Source: Saprolegnia diclina VS20
Taxonomy: Eukaryota
DNA length: 63,682 bases
Direction of reading: 5' to 3'
Assembly (NCBI RefSeq): GCF_000281045.1
Contig: NW_008246110.1
Coordinates: 377,444-441,125, forward strand
Shown piece by piece: positions 37,315 through 49,100 of this stretch; position 1 is the first letter of the stretch; each line of letters starts with the position of its first letter. The notes under the pieces were generated by a model that saw nothing but the letters and a program-made list of their open reading frames with translations, was not told the DNA's origin and did no database searches. The position numbers and the translations under genes were made by a program.

Positions 37315-39637
37315 GAAGCGCGATGACGCAAATATTCGACTGCCCAGGTTCAAGTCTCCAGCTGTCTCGAGCACACGAAATAGTGTGCGATGAAATACTG
37401 TGCTCGAATTTCGGTGCTCACCGACTCGACTCGACCCTGGTAGTAGCGTCTCGGAAGTAGATATGTGTACGAGCGACAGCGCCGATCGCAAACACGACAA
37501 GGCCGGCAACGTCGCCGGACGGACGCTGCAAGGCGTGGTCATGCGGCCGGTCGCGCAGTGAGCAGCCAACGTCGACGTCCCACAAGTGCAACGTACGCGG
37601 AGCGTTCGGCATCAGACGATGACGACGCGAATAGGCATCATAGGTCCACATTCAGGAAGCGGCGCGGGGCTGCGCGCGCAGACAGCCGATAAGCGAGGAG
37701 CGAAGGGCGACTTTCGATGTACACTAATTCCGACCGGTCAGCATTTGTAAACCGAACACCATTTGCGACGTGATGGCAGGTGATAGAACCGTGACCAATA
37801 TTAAAAACAAGACGAGCGAATTTAATACATTTCCGAGTCGGTCCATAGAAAGCACAAGACGTTTTTTTAACAATGCCGCGAGCTGAGTTATCCCAAGCCC
37901 TACGTGGCGAAAAAGGCATAGTCATCCCACCCCCAGTCGTTTCCCGCCCGTTGATTGGCTAATCCCTGGGTCAGGTCGCCAACCACTCAGATCGCACATG
38001 TCAATTTGACTGAACTTATTGCCACGTCCGCGCGACCGCCCCTTCCTCTCTAGTACGTTGCTGGGTAACTGGGAAGAAGACCAGTCGTAGCATCCTGCAC
38101 AGCGTCGAGCAGACAAGCAGCCGCATGGACGCTGGACGCAGCAATTGGACCCCGTGGTATTTTTATTCCTGTCAAGCTCGCGTCTTGTATGGGTGTTTAA
38201 ATGTATTTCGAAGGGCCATCTGCCGCGCGACGCATCCAAGTTGTCAGCCAGAGACCGACCACGAGTCCTCTTGTTGAAGTTGGGCAGATTCGCCTGCAGT
38301 CGTTTCGACAAGTCCCAATGCGCACGTTTTCTGGCACACTGCAGCTGAAACCGACGCCAATCTGATCCGTTGGCCATGTGGACGCACACCACAGCACACC
38401 ACAGCCTTAGCTGGCATTGGCATTGGGTGCTTCGTCACTTGGTATTGCCCTTGCAGCAGGCGTCAAGTACATGCCAAATAAGAGCACCGTTACGTGCCCA
38501 ACGTTGCGTATACGGCGAGCGCGCACCATTTCCATCCAGGTTGCTCGACGCTCGCAAGGAGCTTGGGATGGTTCTTGCAGCATTTAGACGAAGCCGCGTG
38601 CGGTGGCGACAAAGACGATGGCCGCGTTCGTGTGGGTGGCAAGGGGCGCGATGGGTGCCGCGACGAAGCGGCGGCTTCTTCGTGGTTGGGACGACACCCG
38701 GCAACGACGATGGCGGATCGCCTTGTTGGAGGTACCGGTACACATGTTGCAAGTGGATGGCGTCACCGCTCATGCCAGTTGTACGGAGATATTGTCATAC
38801 TCGTAGAGGTCGGCTCAGTCGCGAGCCTGAAGGACCGGGGATGCAGCGACGCGTCGGCCTTGTCAGCCTGCCGATAGCCAACTGCAAAGGGATAGATATC
38901 ACGCGCGATGTATTGGCGCTGCTCTTTCTATCGCGTCATTAGAATGGACGTCGTTTGTCCAAGTGAGCATTTTAGTACGACCAGTGCTGCAAACGACAAG
39001 GGCTGGAAGCATTGTCGTGCATCAGAGATGTCGCTCCAACGACCAAGCTCAGCGACAAGCTTCCGAGTTGCTCGGTCGTTGATCGTGAACGCGTGTGACG
39101 CATCCCGATCAGACGTCACGTCCCGAGATCTTGACGCCAACCGAAGCGCCCCGAACGTACTCGCCACTCGTTGGCCTTGGAACAGCGCCGGCGCGAGCTG
39201 CGCGAAGAGGATCGCGAAGTGCGAATTCGCTTATAAAGTACACGGCTGCTGCAATGCTCACATTCGCGTCCACCGGTGGTGATCTTCGCACTTCCTCGTG
39301 CAAGAGACATTGCGTGCGTGGTCATAGTATCCAAACTCGCATCGAAAGGGCTCCTCCAGGCCTATCAACGAGTCCACAGACGCTGCACTCAGCCACAACG
39401 ACATGCCAGTCCAACGACATTTTGGCTCACGGCAAAGGTCTCTTCATCAACCTCTGGGACGCCCTCCAAGCAGCCAACGTCAGGCACCGAGTTAACGATC
39501 GCTGGTCCGCTGCGTGCGCAATGGCGACGGTCGCCCGTGTGCAATTGTTGATTGCACTACAAGTTGCGTTACTTTCTAAGCGAATTCCAGCTTGACACAC
39601 CTGCATCGGCGCAGTTTTGGCGCAGTCACTGGCCAAC

Positions 39638-41062
39638 ATGCACCCTTTGACACCGAGCGCGACGCCGACGGCCGAGCACGCGTCGATGGCCGACGAACCG
39701 ATGCTTCCGCCGTCATCGACGGACCTTGAGGGTGCGTACAACGACCTCTCGCTGCTGCAAAAGGTGTTTGTCGTGCTGCGGCCAAACTGGGCGACGAACG
39801 CCAAGGCGCATTTGACGCTTCAAGAAGTCTCCGGGTCGCTCGGCGACCTCGGCACGTTCCTGCCGCTCGTGACGGCGCTCGCAGTCACGCACCAGATTGC
39901 GTTTGGCCCGACGCTCTTCTTTGCCGGCGTCTTTACGCTCGGTCTCTCGACGTACTTTGACGTGCCGATCCCGGTGCAGCCAATGAAGTCGATCTCGGCG
40001 ATTGCGCTCGCCGAAAAGTATTCGCAGGAGCAAATTGCTGCGTCGGGGATCCTCATCGCTGCGATCCTCTTCTTTCTCTCGGTGACCAACCTCATCTCGG
40101 TCGTCGGGCGACTCGTGCCCTTCGCGCTTGTCCGTGGCATCCAGCTCGGCGTCGGCCTCTCGCTGCTCATGAGCGGCGTCAAGAGCTCGTACACGCACGT
40201 GACGACGCTCTCGCTCAACAAAACGACCAAGTCGATCGTCGTGAAGCGCAGTACGACGGACTTGGAGTGGGTTGGCGCCGACAGCATCGTCGTCTCGCTC
40301 GTCCTCATCACGCTCTGCCTCTCGTGCATGCACAAGAAGCGCATCCCGACTGCCATTCTCGTCTTCCTCTACGGCGTCATCGTCGCGATTGTTGTCTACA
40401 TCCAGAAGAAGGACGAGCTGCTCTTGCCGCCACTCACACTCGGACCGGACTTCAGCCACATGCCATCGTGGCCGTCGGCCGATGATTTTCAAACCGCCTT
40501 TCTCAAGATGGTGCTCCCGCAATTGCCTCTGACGCTGCTCAACTCTGTGATCGCGCTCGAGCAGCTCGCGGCCGACCTCTTCCCGCACAAGCACGTACCC
40601 GCGAGCTCGCGCCGCATCTGCTTTAGCATCGGCGTCGGTGATTTCGTGTTTTGCATGCTCGGCATGCTGCCCATGTGCCATGGCGCGGGCGGTCTCGCAT
40701 CGCAATATGCCTTTGGAGCGCGGAGCAGCGTCTCGATGATGCTGCTTGGCACTTTCAAGCTCGTGGTCGCGCTCCTCTTTGGCTCGACGCTCATGCTCTT
40801 GCTCCGCGACGGGATCTTCCCGTCCTGCGTCATTGGCGTCCTTGTCATTTTTGCGGGGGTCCACCTCTCGATCGTCGGCGTCGACATTGACACCAAGAAG
40901 AACAAGGGCGACCTCGTCGTGCTCTTGATGACGGCCGCGACGTCCCTCGCGCTCGACACCGGCACCGCCTTCCTCGTCGGCGCGTTTACTTACATAGTCT
41001 TGCGCTTTGCAGTCCGCGATCCGACGGCGTACTACAAAGTGCGCACGGAGGACGTGGCGTGA
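39638..41062 (+). CDS. MOT1: Molybdate transporter MOT1 family
   Basis: Intronless. MOT1 motifs GSLGDLGTFLP, PIPVQPMKSI, VRGIQLGVGL, LPQLPLTLLNSVIA, PMCHGAGGLASQYAFGARS. Confidence 0.95.
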   Translation: MHPLTPSATPTAEHASMADEPMLPPSSTDLEGAYNDLSLLQKVFVVLRPNWATNAKAHLTLQEVSGSLGDLGTFLPLVTALAVTHQIAFGPTLFFAGVFTLGLSTYFDVPIPVQPMKSISAIALAEKYSQEQIAASGILIAAILFFLSVTNLISVVGRLVPFALVRGIQLGVGLSLLMSGVKSSYTHVTTLSLNKTTKSIVVKRSTTDLEWVGADSIVVSLVLITLCLSCMHKKRIPTAILVFLYGVIVAIVVYIQKKDELLLPPLTLGPDFSHMPSWPSADDFQTAFLKMVLPQLPLTLLNSVIALEQLAADLFPHKHVPASSRRICFSIGVGDFVFCMLGMLPMCHGAGGLASQYAFGARSSVSMMLLGTFKLVVALLFGSTLMLLLRDGIFPSCVIGVLVIFAGVHLSIVGVDIDTKKNKGDLVVLLMTAATSLALDTGTAFLVGAFTYIVLRFAVRDPTAYYKVRTEDVA

Positions 41063-41486
41063 CCGCGTCGCGGGTAGGGTTCCCGGTAGTTACGCCAGTG
41101 CCATTTGCAAGACCTAACGATAGATGCTCCAAGCCATCGACATCATAGCACATCGCTCTGTTGGACTCGCTCAGTAGACGGAACGGGTTGCAGTCTGATG
41201 CACTAGGGGTAGGGTCCGTACTTGGCGCCAACCGCCAAGATACTGCAGTGCCTGCACTTGTCACTCCATCGCATGGCAAGAGACATGGTCAGGCGCAAGA
41301 GATAAGGGGGTGACCCGTTACGTGCTGACCGGCGTCGTTGCATAGTAGTGCTCGTACAAGCTCAGCTCGTCACTCAAGTGCGTCGGGTCGAGGCGCAACG
41401 CTGCGCAGAGCATCGTCGTCGAGTCTTCTACTGCACACAACGCGGTCGGTCTACCCGCTATGAGCAGACATCCGACGTGGTGTGTC

Positions 41487-42470
41487 TTACGCGGACGTGG
41501 TGGGCGGTTTGGGGGCTGCCTTGGCCGCCTTGGCGCTGGGCGATTGAAACACGGACGACGACCGGACGGCGCTCGGGCACGCTCGATGCATTTTGCGGAA
41601 CGAGAGAAGAAACTTGCGGTCGTACGTGCGCTTGCCGCTGGCGACCAGCGCTGCATCGTCAGCAAGCGGCTCTGGAGTCGATATCGTTGGTGATGCTACC
41701 GTGGGTTTATGGGTCGGCGCTTGCGCTTGCGGAGCTGGCGAGGCGGGTGCTGTCACGTTGGTCGTCGGGGCTATGGGTGATGGCTCGTCCGCCACCTGCA
41801 CGTCGCGGGCGAGCTTGGCTTGTGTGAGTGCGATGAAGCAACTTTGGCAATAGAACGAGCCTTGCCAATCGCGGATCGTCGCATTGCCATTCTTGCACGC
41901 AGTGCACAAGGACACGGACGCCGGTGGTGCGACGTGGATGTCAACAAGCACGTCGTCGTCGTCGTCATTGTCGGCGTCTTCATCGTCGTCCTCATCGTTG
42001 TAGTAGGCGTCGTAGCATGGTTGGCAGTACATATTGTTGTCGTTCGGGTCCACAACGAGCTCGGTCGTCGCAAACGACTGCGTGCACGTCGCGCACGTGT
42101 TGGTGGTCGCACAGCGGTGGCAGGGACCGTGAAAACGCTGCGCAACACCACAGAGAGGGCACGCGAGCACCTGCATCGACTGCATTGCAACCGCAATCGC
42201 TGCAACCGCAGAGCGCAGCGAGGCGTCGCTCATGACGCCGCACGTCGTCGCGACCTCGAGCGCGTACTCGTAGTAATCGGTGGCCTCGCCGAGATCGAGC
42301 ACGGCGTCGCCCAAGTTCTTGCTCACGACGAACATGAGCGCATGGTGCTGCGTGGCGTACGCCGTCTTGAGGAGGCTGCGCCAGAGCGCGACGGCGCCAT
42401 CGCCGTCACGCGCTTCGTACCGCGCACGGGCTTCGAGGAGCGTCGTTGCCACCGTCGCCTCGTTGTCCAT
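41487..42470 (-). CDS. Uncharacterised 327-aa protein: TPR-like N-terminus, Cys-rich zinc-ribbon motifs, acidic tract and C-terminal eIF4E-binding motif
   Basis: Single ORF with coding-like codon use. SKNLGDAVLDLGEATDYYEYALEVA is TPR-like. Three CxxC pairs: CPLC/CHRC, CATC/YCQPC, CTAC/YCQSC. KRTYDRKFLLSFR near the C-terminus. ATTGG boxes lie just upstream. Confidence 0.8.
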   Translation of the reverse strand: MDNEATVATTLLEARARYEARDGDGAVALWRSLLKTAYATQHHALMFVVSKNLGDAVLDLGEATDYYEYALEVATTCGVMSDASLRSAVAAIAVAMQSMQVLACPLCGVAQRFHGPCHRCATTNTCATCTQSFATTELVVDPNDNNMYCQPCYDAYYNDEDDDEDADNDDDDDVLVDIHVAPPASVSLCTACKNGNATIRDWQGSFYCQSCFIALTQAKLARDVQVADEPSPIAPTTNVTAPASPAPQAQAPTHKPTVASPTISTPEPLADDAALVASGKRTYDRKFLLSFRKMHRACPSAVRSSSVFQSPSAKAAKAAPKPPTTSA

Positions 42471-43280
42471 CGTCCAACTTGAGAAGCGCTCTTGATTGGC
42501 CCGTTTTCAGGATTTCGATTTTACCGACAAACGATTGGCCAAAATTCCATCCCGGTCGCAACCTCCAGGCACCAAGCGAGGCAGCAGCAGGCAAGGGTAG
42601 CAGGCTGCCTACCCAACGGTACTCTCGCTACCTACGGACGTTGACATGCCAGCGGCAGCCAGGTGAAGAGCCGCATCACGATACACCTAGAATGCCTGGT
42701 CTCTGTGCCCTTGTGGCTGTAAGTGCTGAAGTGCCAAGAACACCTCGCACGCCTGCTGCCGGTACCACTACGTAGCTGTCGGAGCTACCTCAGAGCGTCT
42801 TCAAGGTGAGCCACCTCCATCGAGCTCATTCGCACCTCGACGCATCCAAAGCCAAGAGTCAACGTCTCGTGCGATGTGTTGCCTCGACGACAAGCCCGCA
42901 CGCAGCGACAGACGTAGCAACGTACAACTAGAAGATAGTACTACGGTAGAGGGCGTTGGCGGACGCTGATAAAAAGCCATCACTGTCACGTTCACGGACG
43001 CGCTTCCGTGCACCTCCGAGTGCCACGTCATACCCCTAACCCTCATCCCCGTCAAAACTCTCAAAACGAGACATCCTAGACTGGCCGGCAGACATGAAGG
43101 AAGCGCCGTGCGGCGTTGCGTGCAGCGACCTCGAGAGGCAGGGCCGCGGTGAGCCCACGCCACCCCTCAACGCTTTCCCGAGGGCATGTCATCGTGACAC
43201 GGGACGACCAAGGACACTGCTGTACTGAGATGAAGGCAACTGTTCATTCCTTTACAAGCAAACACGCGGTGGCCGGCCAC

Positions 43281-45392
43281 TTAGGACGACCGGCGCTTGC
43301 TTCGCGACCGACTGCGCTTCTTGGCCTTCTTGGCCTGTTTCTTCGACTTCTTCTTCGAGCTCTTCTTGTGGCGCTTTCGACTCGACGCCGACGGACTCCG
43401 TGACGACGACGACGTCGACGACGACCGCTTGCGTCGCTTGCGATCGCGCGACCGGCTCGCACGCACCTCGCCCTCTAAACATCAAGGTCATCCTCCAGTG
43501 CTATGTCGACAGATGCTACCTTCAGCATCGAGGAGCTTGCGCGTCTTGAGCACCTGCTGCATCTTGGCGCGCAGCGTCGTCATGTACGCGTCAAACGCGG
43601 CTTTGGCGTCGGCGTCCGAACCCATGGCGCGGTACCGGCTGCGGCCTTCAACGAGTCGCCGGGCGTCGTCCCATGGTACGTCCAAATGGTCCGAGCGAAA
43701 GAAGAATTCCGTGAGGAGGTCTGTGAAGTCATCCAACTTCTGCTTCTTCGCGGCCGCAACCCGCTCGGCGCGTTCGACTTCGGCGCGGTGCGTCGAGCTA
43801 AACCAGTCGAGGACGCTCTCGGGCACGGTGGCCTCGGAGAGGAGCTGGCGGTAAAACGTCCCACGCGGGTCGTCGCCCACGAGCGGCTCGATCGTGTGCT
43901 GAAGCTGCTCCAAGCAGTCGCGCAAGGTCGTCTTGTGCTGCATGCGGAAGCCGTTGCGCTCGAGCAGCGTGTGCAGCCACTGCCTACGGCCCCGCATCGA
44001 ACCCGATCAGCGACCGCATTTTTCATTTGCAAAAGAATCAGCGAAAAGCATACCGTTCGTCGCGGACGGTCGCGTGCCACTTGTCCATGGTCATCTCAAA
44101 CACGTCGCGGGCGAGGATCGTGTTGGCTTGGCGCAGCGCCACAAACGTCTCGTTGACTTCCAGGCGCTCAAGGCAGTCGCGCCAGCGCATCTGGAGCGTG
44201 ATCCGCTTGTGCGCAATCTAGTTGCAAATCAGATTGTCGGGGTTGTGCAGCACACTGTGTAGCGTACCTCGTCCTGCAGATAGGCGCGGAAGGCGGCCGC
44301 GAGCGCGTCTTCCGTCTCCCGCGCCTTGATGCGCGCGAGCCGCTTGGCCTCGGCCGCCGCCTTCTTGAGCGTGTCGAGGTACTCGAAGAAGAAGTCCTCG
44401 AGGTCGCGCTTGGCGACGCCCAGCCCCAGAATGGCCTCGTCCTTGAAGACAACGTCGCGGACCACGACCCAGCGCGACTCGGCCGAGATCGCGAGCTCGG
44501 GCGACGCGTAGTAGGCAAGGATCGTCGCCTTGTGCTCGTCGCGCTTCTTCCGGGCGTACTCGCGCTCGCTGCGGGCCATGTCGTCGAGGAAGGTGAGGAA
44601 GAGCTCGCGGCGCTCGTCGTCGTCGGCTACCGCCTTGAAGCGGTCGTCGGTAGTGAGACCAAAGTCGTCGGTCGTCGCTTCGTGCCAGCGCGTGTGCACC
44701 GAGATCTTCTTGCAGGACGCGAGAAGCTTGAGAAAGTCCTCGCGCGCGACCTTTTGCTGGCGGCGCCGAGCCAGATCGAGCTCCTTCGTCAGCTGCGTGA
44801 GGAACTCCGAGTACGCTTGCTTCTTCTCGCCATTCGTGGGGAGGGCGTACCACGCCGGCTCGTCCGCAATGAGTCGCTGCGCGTCGCCCCACTTCATCTT
44901 GGGCGTGATCGGCAGCGTCTTGAGCATCACCTTGAACGCCGCCACTTGGTCGGCTTTGGACATGGCAGCGTACTTGGCGATGTCGTCTTCGTCGTCTGAC
45001 TTCGTTGCTGTCGTCGGCTTGGTGGCCACCTCGACGGCTGCGTCGGTTGCCGTCGCCGTTGTCGCACCGTCCGTCGTGGCTTCAATGGCGGTCACAGTCG
45101 CTGGCGCCTCTTCGATGGGAGTCTCATCGGGCGTCATGTCCATGGGCTCGCTGTTTGTCGGCGACGCGGTCGCGTTGTCATTGAAGCGGAGCCGGACCGC
45201 GGCCCGCGCCTTGTAGATGCGGTACTCCTCGGGCTCGTCCCAGACGCACTGCTTCGTGCCCGAGTGGTAGAAGTACGGCTTGCCGCTTGCCGCGTCCATG
45301 TACTCGGACCACGGGCACGTGGCCGCCACCTGTGGGTTAGCCATGGATGGAACCTTCATGAGCGTGGATGGCACATACCCCGACAGAGCCAT
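43281..45392 (-). CDS. PRP40: Pre-mRNA splicing factor PRP40-like (WW + FF repeats + RS/K-rich tail)
   Basis: WW WSEYMDAASGKPYFYHSGTKQCVWDEP; FF repeats (AAFKVMLK...KMKW, REDFLKLL...TRW, ERRELF); C-terminal RS/K-rich tail; three introns. Confidence 0.9.
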
Positions 45393-45628
45393 GACGAATG
45401 GTCGAGTTTCATCACCGCTGGTCCGAAATCCGAACTTTCCCGGACAAGTGCGATCGCAGGCGGGTCGTTCGCTGTGTTTAGCGTGCGTTTTACTGTGTTA
45501 TTTCCGAAATAGCCGTCTTTAACGCCTCCAAACACACTAAAACGCAGACGTTGGACCGTTTAAACCGAAACGCGAACCTAATCGAGCGCGGATCTTGTCG
45601 AACGTTGTGGGAAGCGTCGCGAGCCAGG

Positions 45629-46929
45629 ATGGGCACGTTGTGGAGCTGGCCGACGCCGCCTGGCCACGCGCCGCCTGTCGAAGCCGCCACGGCGCCATGC
45701 ACCACCGGCGATCTTCTGTTGTGCCGAGCGCTCGTGCACAATGCGCGCATGATGCTGGACCTCAACCCGGTGCTCGCAACCGGTATTGCGACGACGACTG
45801 TCTCGGGGATCTTTGCCACAAAGAAGCGGACGCTGCCAGGTACCTACTACAAGCGCATGCCAAGGCCATGACCTCATGGTATGGCTTGTCAGCGTGGACT
45901 AGGTAGGCGGGATGGCGATGCATACAATCCTCCCTTGAGCCACGTAGCGTCCACGTGCTCGTGCGCCGCGACGACAGTGTCCACGTCCTCGTCTGCAGCC
46001 ACGAGAGCATCCGCCTCGAGCCGCTCGCCGACTTTATCGCTGCGCATTCGCATAGCCCACTCAATCGTGTACGCGCTGCGACAACTCGTCCGCGTGTTCA
46101 CTTTGGATCTAGTTTGCGTGGCGACACCTCACCGGAGCAGTGCCACCGACAGACCTCGAGACGCTGCATAACCTCATCGACGACCTATTGCCGCTTCTGC
46201 CCCTCGCGTGGCACGACGCCAGCGCCCCGTCGCTTCCATCGAGCATCCGCACGGTCGTCCAGCGCATGTGGAGTCTTCTCCGGCAGAGCGTGCTCGCGAT
46301 CGCACCGGCCGAAGAAGACATGCTCCGATATGCATTTCGCAACCACGACGGCGACTGCTTGGGCTGGTACGACGCTATCGACGTGGTGATCTCGAGGCCA
46401 CGTGCCCGTAGGCTGTTTGTCGAGGACGTGGCCAAGCTCGCGCCCGAGATTGAGGCCATGGGCATCTTCAAGGCCGGCACGCCGTGGGTCGACGACCTCC
46501 GCGCGGTCCTCTCGCACCTGCCGCCCGAAGGCTCGTTTGTCGATGGCGAGAGTCTCCGCTTCACCGCGTCCGACCTCGTCGTCGCAGCCAAAAGGGTGCG
46601 ACGACATCCCGTCAACACCCCACGTGATGACGCGATCGTAGGTGCCGCGGCAGCACATTTCCGCCGAGTACGACGTCACGCTCTACGGTAGCGCGGCGTT
46701 CGCCGCCGCCTTCTACGAACGCGGTCGACTCCTCTTTCCCGAGCAGCTGCTGCCGTCCGGTGCGCCCAAGCCGATTGTCCCTTCTGCCTTTTCCCAGGCG
46801 TGGCTTGCATCAGTCGCGCCGCGCCGGCTGTGCCAAGGCGAAGCGCCGGTCCGCGAGCTGTCCAAGGACGTCTTTACCTGGCTCGTCCCCAACCTCTGGA
46901 GCGACCAAGTTGTGCTCCAGCCCTCATAG
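45629..46929 (+). CDS. Hypothetical protein, possibly a permuted NlpC/P60 (YiiX/LRAT-like) pseudo-enzyme
   Basis: MGTLWS start, TTGDLLL, a central ORF 46140-46595, intron about 46596-46641, last exon LYGSAAFAAAFYERGRLL...LQPS*. The 5' exon structure is unresolved. Confidence 0.45.
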
Positions 46930-46996
46930 AAGTAAATCACACGTGGCAAAACGTTATGCAAGAACGACGACAGGAAGGTGTCATCGGGCAGCGACT

Positions 46997-48160
46997 CTAG
47001 TCCTTCTTGGCCTTGCTTTGGTCGGCCTGCGACGCGAGGTGGCCGAGGGCTTGGTGGCCAAAGAAGAGCGTGACGACCGTGAGGATCGCGAGGTACCCGA
47101 GCGTCGCAAACATCGTGAGCTGGAGCCAGTAGACGACGAAGAGACCGAGGATCGACGCCATGGACGCGATGAACCCGAGCGCAAAGAGGGCTTGGACGCC
47201 CGACGGGAACTTGGAGAGCTTGGCGCCAAAGCCGAGGAGGAAGAGCACAAAGCCGCCGAGGGGCGATACGACGATGAGCGTGAAGAGGTTGGAGACAACG
47301 AGGCTCGGGCGCGAGTCTTGCGCGCGCATGACGTGCTCAATCTCAGGCAGCGCGGTGAGCGTCACGTCGCTTTCGTGGAGGAGGGGCTTGGCGTAGAGCG
47401 GCGAGAGCGGCTCGATGGGCGCCGCGCCAAGCGTGAGATCGACCGACCCGAGGTCCCACACGATCGCATTCTATGACAGACGTGAGTACTAGGTGGTGCC
47501 ACGTGGCAGGCGTACCTCGAACGTCGTGTCGCCAAGGATGAGCTGGACCGCGTGGACGCCCGAGAGGTACGAGAACTTCTTGCTCTCGGCGCCAATCTGG
47601 ACCGACACTGAGAGCTTCTTCTTGTCGGCCGACGCCAAGAGCACAAACATCGTGTCGACAGCGCCTTGCGTGAAGCGCAAGAACGCCTGGTGCGCCAGAA
47701 GCGGCGTCTTGCCACCCTTGGCCTTCAAGCTGACCTCGACCGAGAACGTGTCGCCCGACGCCGACACGAGCTGCGGCACCGACTTGAGCTTCTCGCCTTG
47801 CTTGAGTGGTTTGCCCTGCACGAGGGCCGATGCGACCTCGACCTCGGTCGTCAGCGTCGCATGGAGCACCTTGCTCTTCTTCCCATCGAGCACCTGGAGC
47901 TTGTAGAGGCCCGGCGCGGCCTTGGCCTTGGGCAGGACAAAGGTAAACGTATCCGAGTCGGCGACCGGCGTGAGCTTGAGATCCGCGAGGATCGTTTCCT
48001 GCGCAGCGTTCTTGAGCGTCTTGAGAAGCGGCGCCTCGGCGCCGAGCACCGTGAACGTGACATCCTGGCCACCGCGCGTCACGGGGTTCGCGAGCTCCAT
48101 GCTCGCAACCATCGCGAGACACAGGCAGAGGAAGAGCGCGACCGACGACCCCATCATCAT
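46997..48160 (-). CDS. RPN2: Oligosaccharyltransferase subunit ribophorin II (RPN2/SWP1)
   Basis: Signal peptide; AHQAFLRF; LPEIEHVMRAQDSRP followed by three TM helices ending FFGHQALGHLA; one intron. Confidence 0.9.
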
Positions 48161-49055
48161 GTGAGCTCGACGAAGCGGATCAAGTTTTCGACCACAAGTT
48201 GACGTGGCAGCTTCTGGCTTCACATACACCCCCGCTTCTTATAACCTCCCACATTCAATAATATCATGGAAGGGTCCATAACCCCCAGCATTAAATACGT
48301 ACAATTGCCTTTGAAAGGTAATGCGAAAAGCGCGGGAACGGCCACGTGGAACCACCCAGCACAGGCGCCAGCATTCGCTTCGTGGACACAAGACGCATGC
48401 TACCACCACTACCAATATGACAATATTGTACACTTACTGCCCTACGAAGTATGTATAACCTGTCCTATCGTCGTGATAGCCGGCACTGCCGCTGCTCTCA
48501 ACTCCAACGTGAGTCCGATCTCTTCCTCATATAGGCTGCAACCGGTCCACGAGACGCTAGACAATATGTTGTGCCCTGCTTATGGCAGCGTGGCCGATGC
48601 CCACGGCGACACCGAGCCCGCTACAGTGCACCAGCCAGCGCCAGCGAGCCCACTAACTGTCGAGCCAGTGCGCTGTCTCGACGTAGCACTTGTGCTCCAG
48701 TCTCGAGTTATCTTGGCTACACCGGTTCACACTCTCGAGCTCAACTGACGGTGTCAGTGGGGCCTGAGCGCAACAGCGTGCAGAGCTCGACATGGCGGAA
48801 GCGAGGACGACCAACTTGAAGCCATTTGTCGGGTCGCGACAAAGGGTGGCACTCGTCGAGGACAAGTACACTGCGTCTAGTAGTGTTAATATATGTAGAG
48901 CGATCTAGTACATGCTATCTAGTCGGTGGCGCGGGCGATGCGAGCGTCGTAGACGGCTGCCAACGGTCCATTTGCCCGGCGATGGCATCAAGTCAGTGCG
49001 CCCGAACTTAGCGCGCACATGTGCGCATTTAAGCACCCCCCGGGTGAATTCTCTG

Positions 49056-49100
49056 CATTTTGGCCAATGACGGGCGGCAAATCTTCCATTTTGGCCAATG
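49056..49100 (+). promoter_or_regulatory. Direct repeat CATTTTGGCCAATG x2 (paired CCAAT boxes) upstream of CBP/p300
   Basis: Identical 14-mers at 49056-49069 and 49087-49100, 31 bp apart. Confidence 0.55.

Noticed and set aside
37400..39600. 2.2-kb gene-poor region with many short ORFs, a possible TE or pseudogene relic
   Set aside because: No transposase, RT or integrase motifs, terminal repeats or consistent coding frame seen.
48240..49000. ORF 48266-48748 between RPN2 and CBP
   Set aside because: Atypical codon use and no domain; likely promoter or intergenic DNA.
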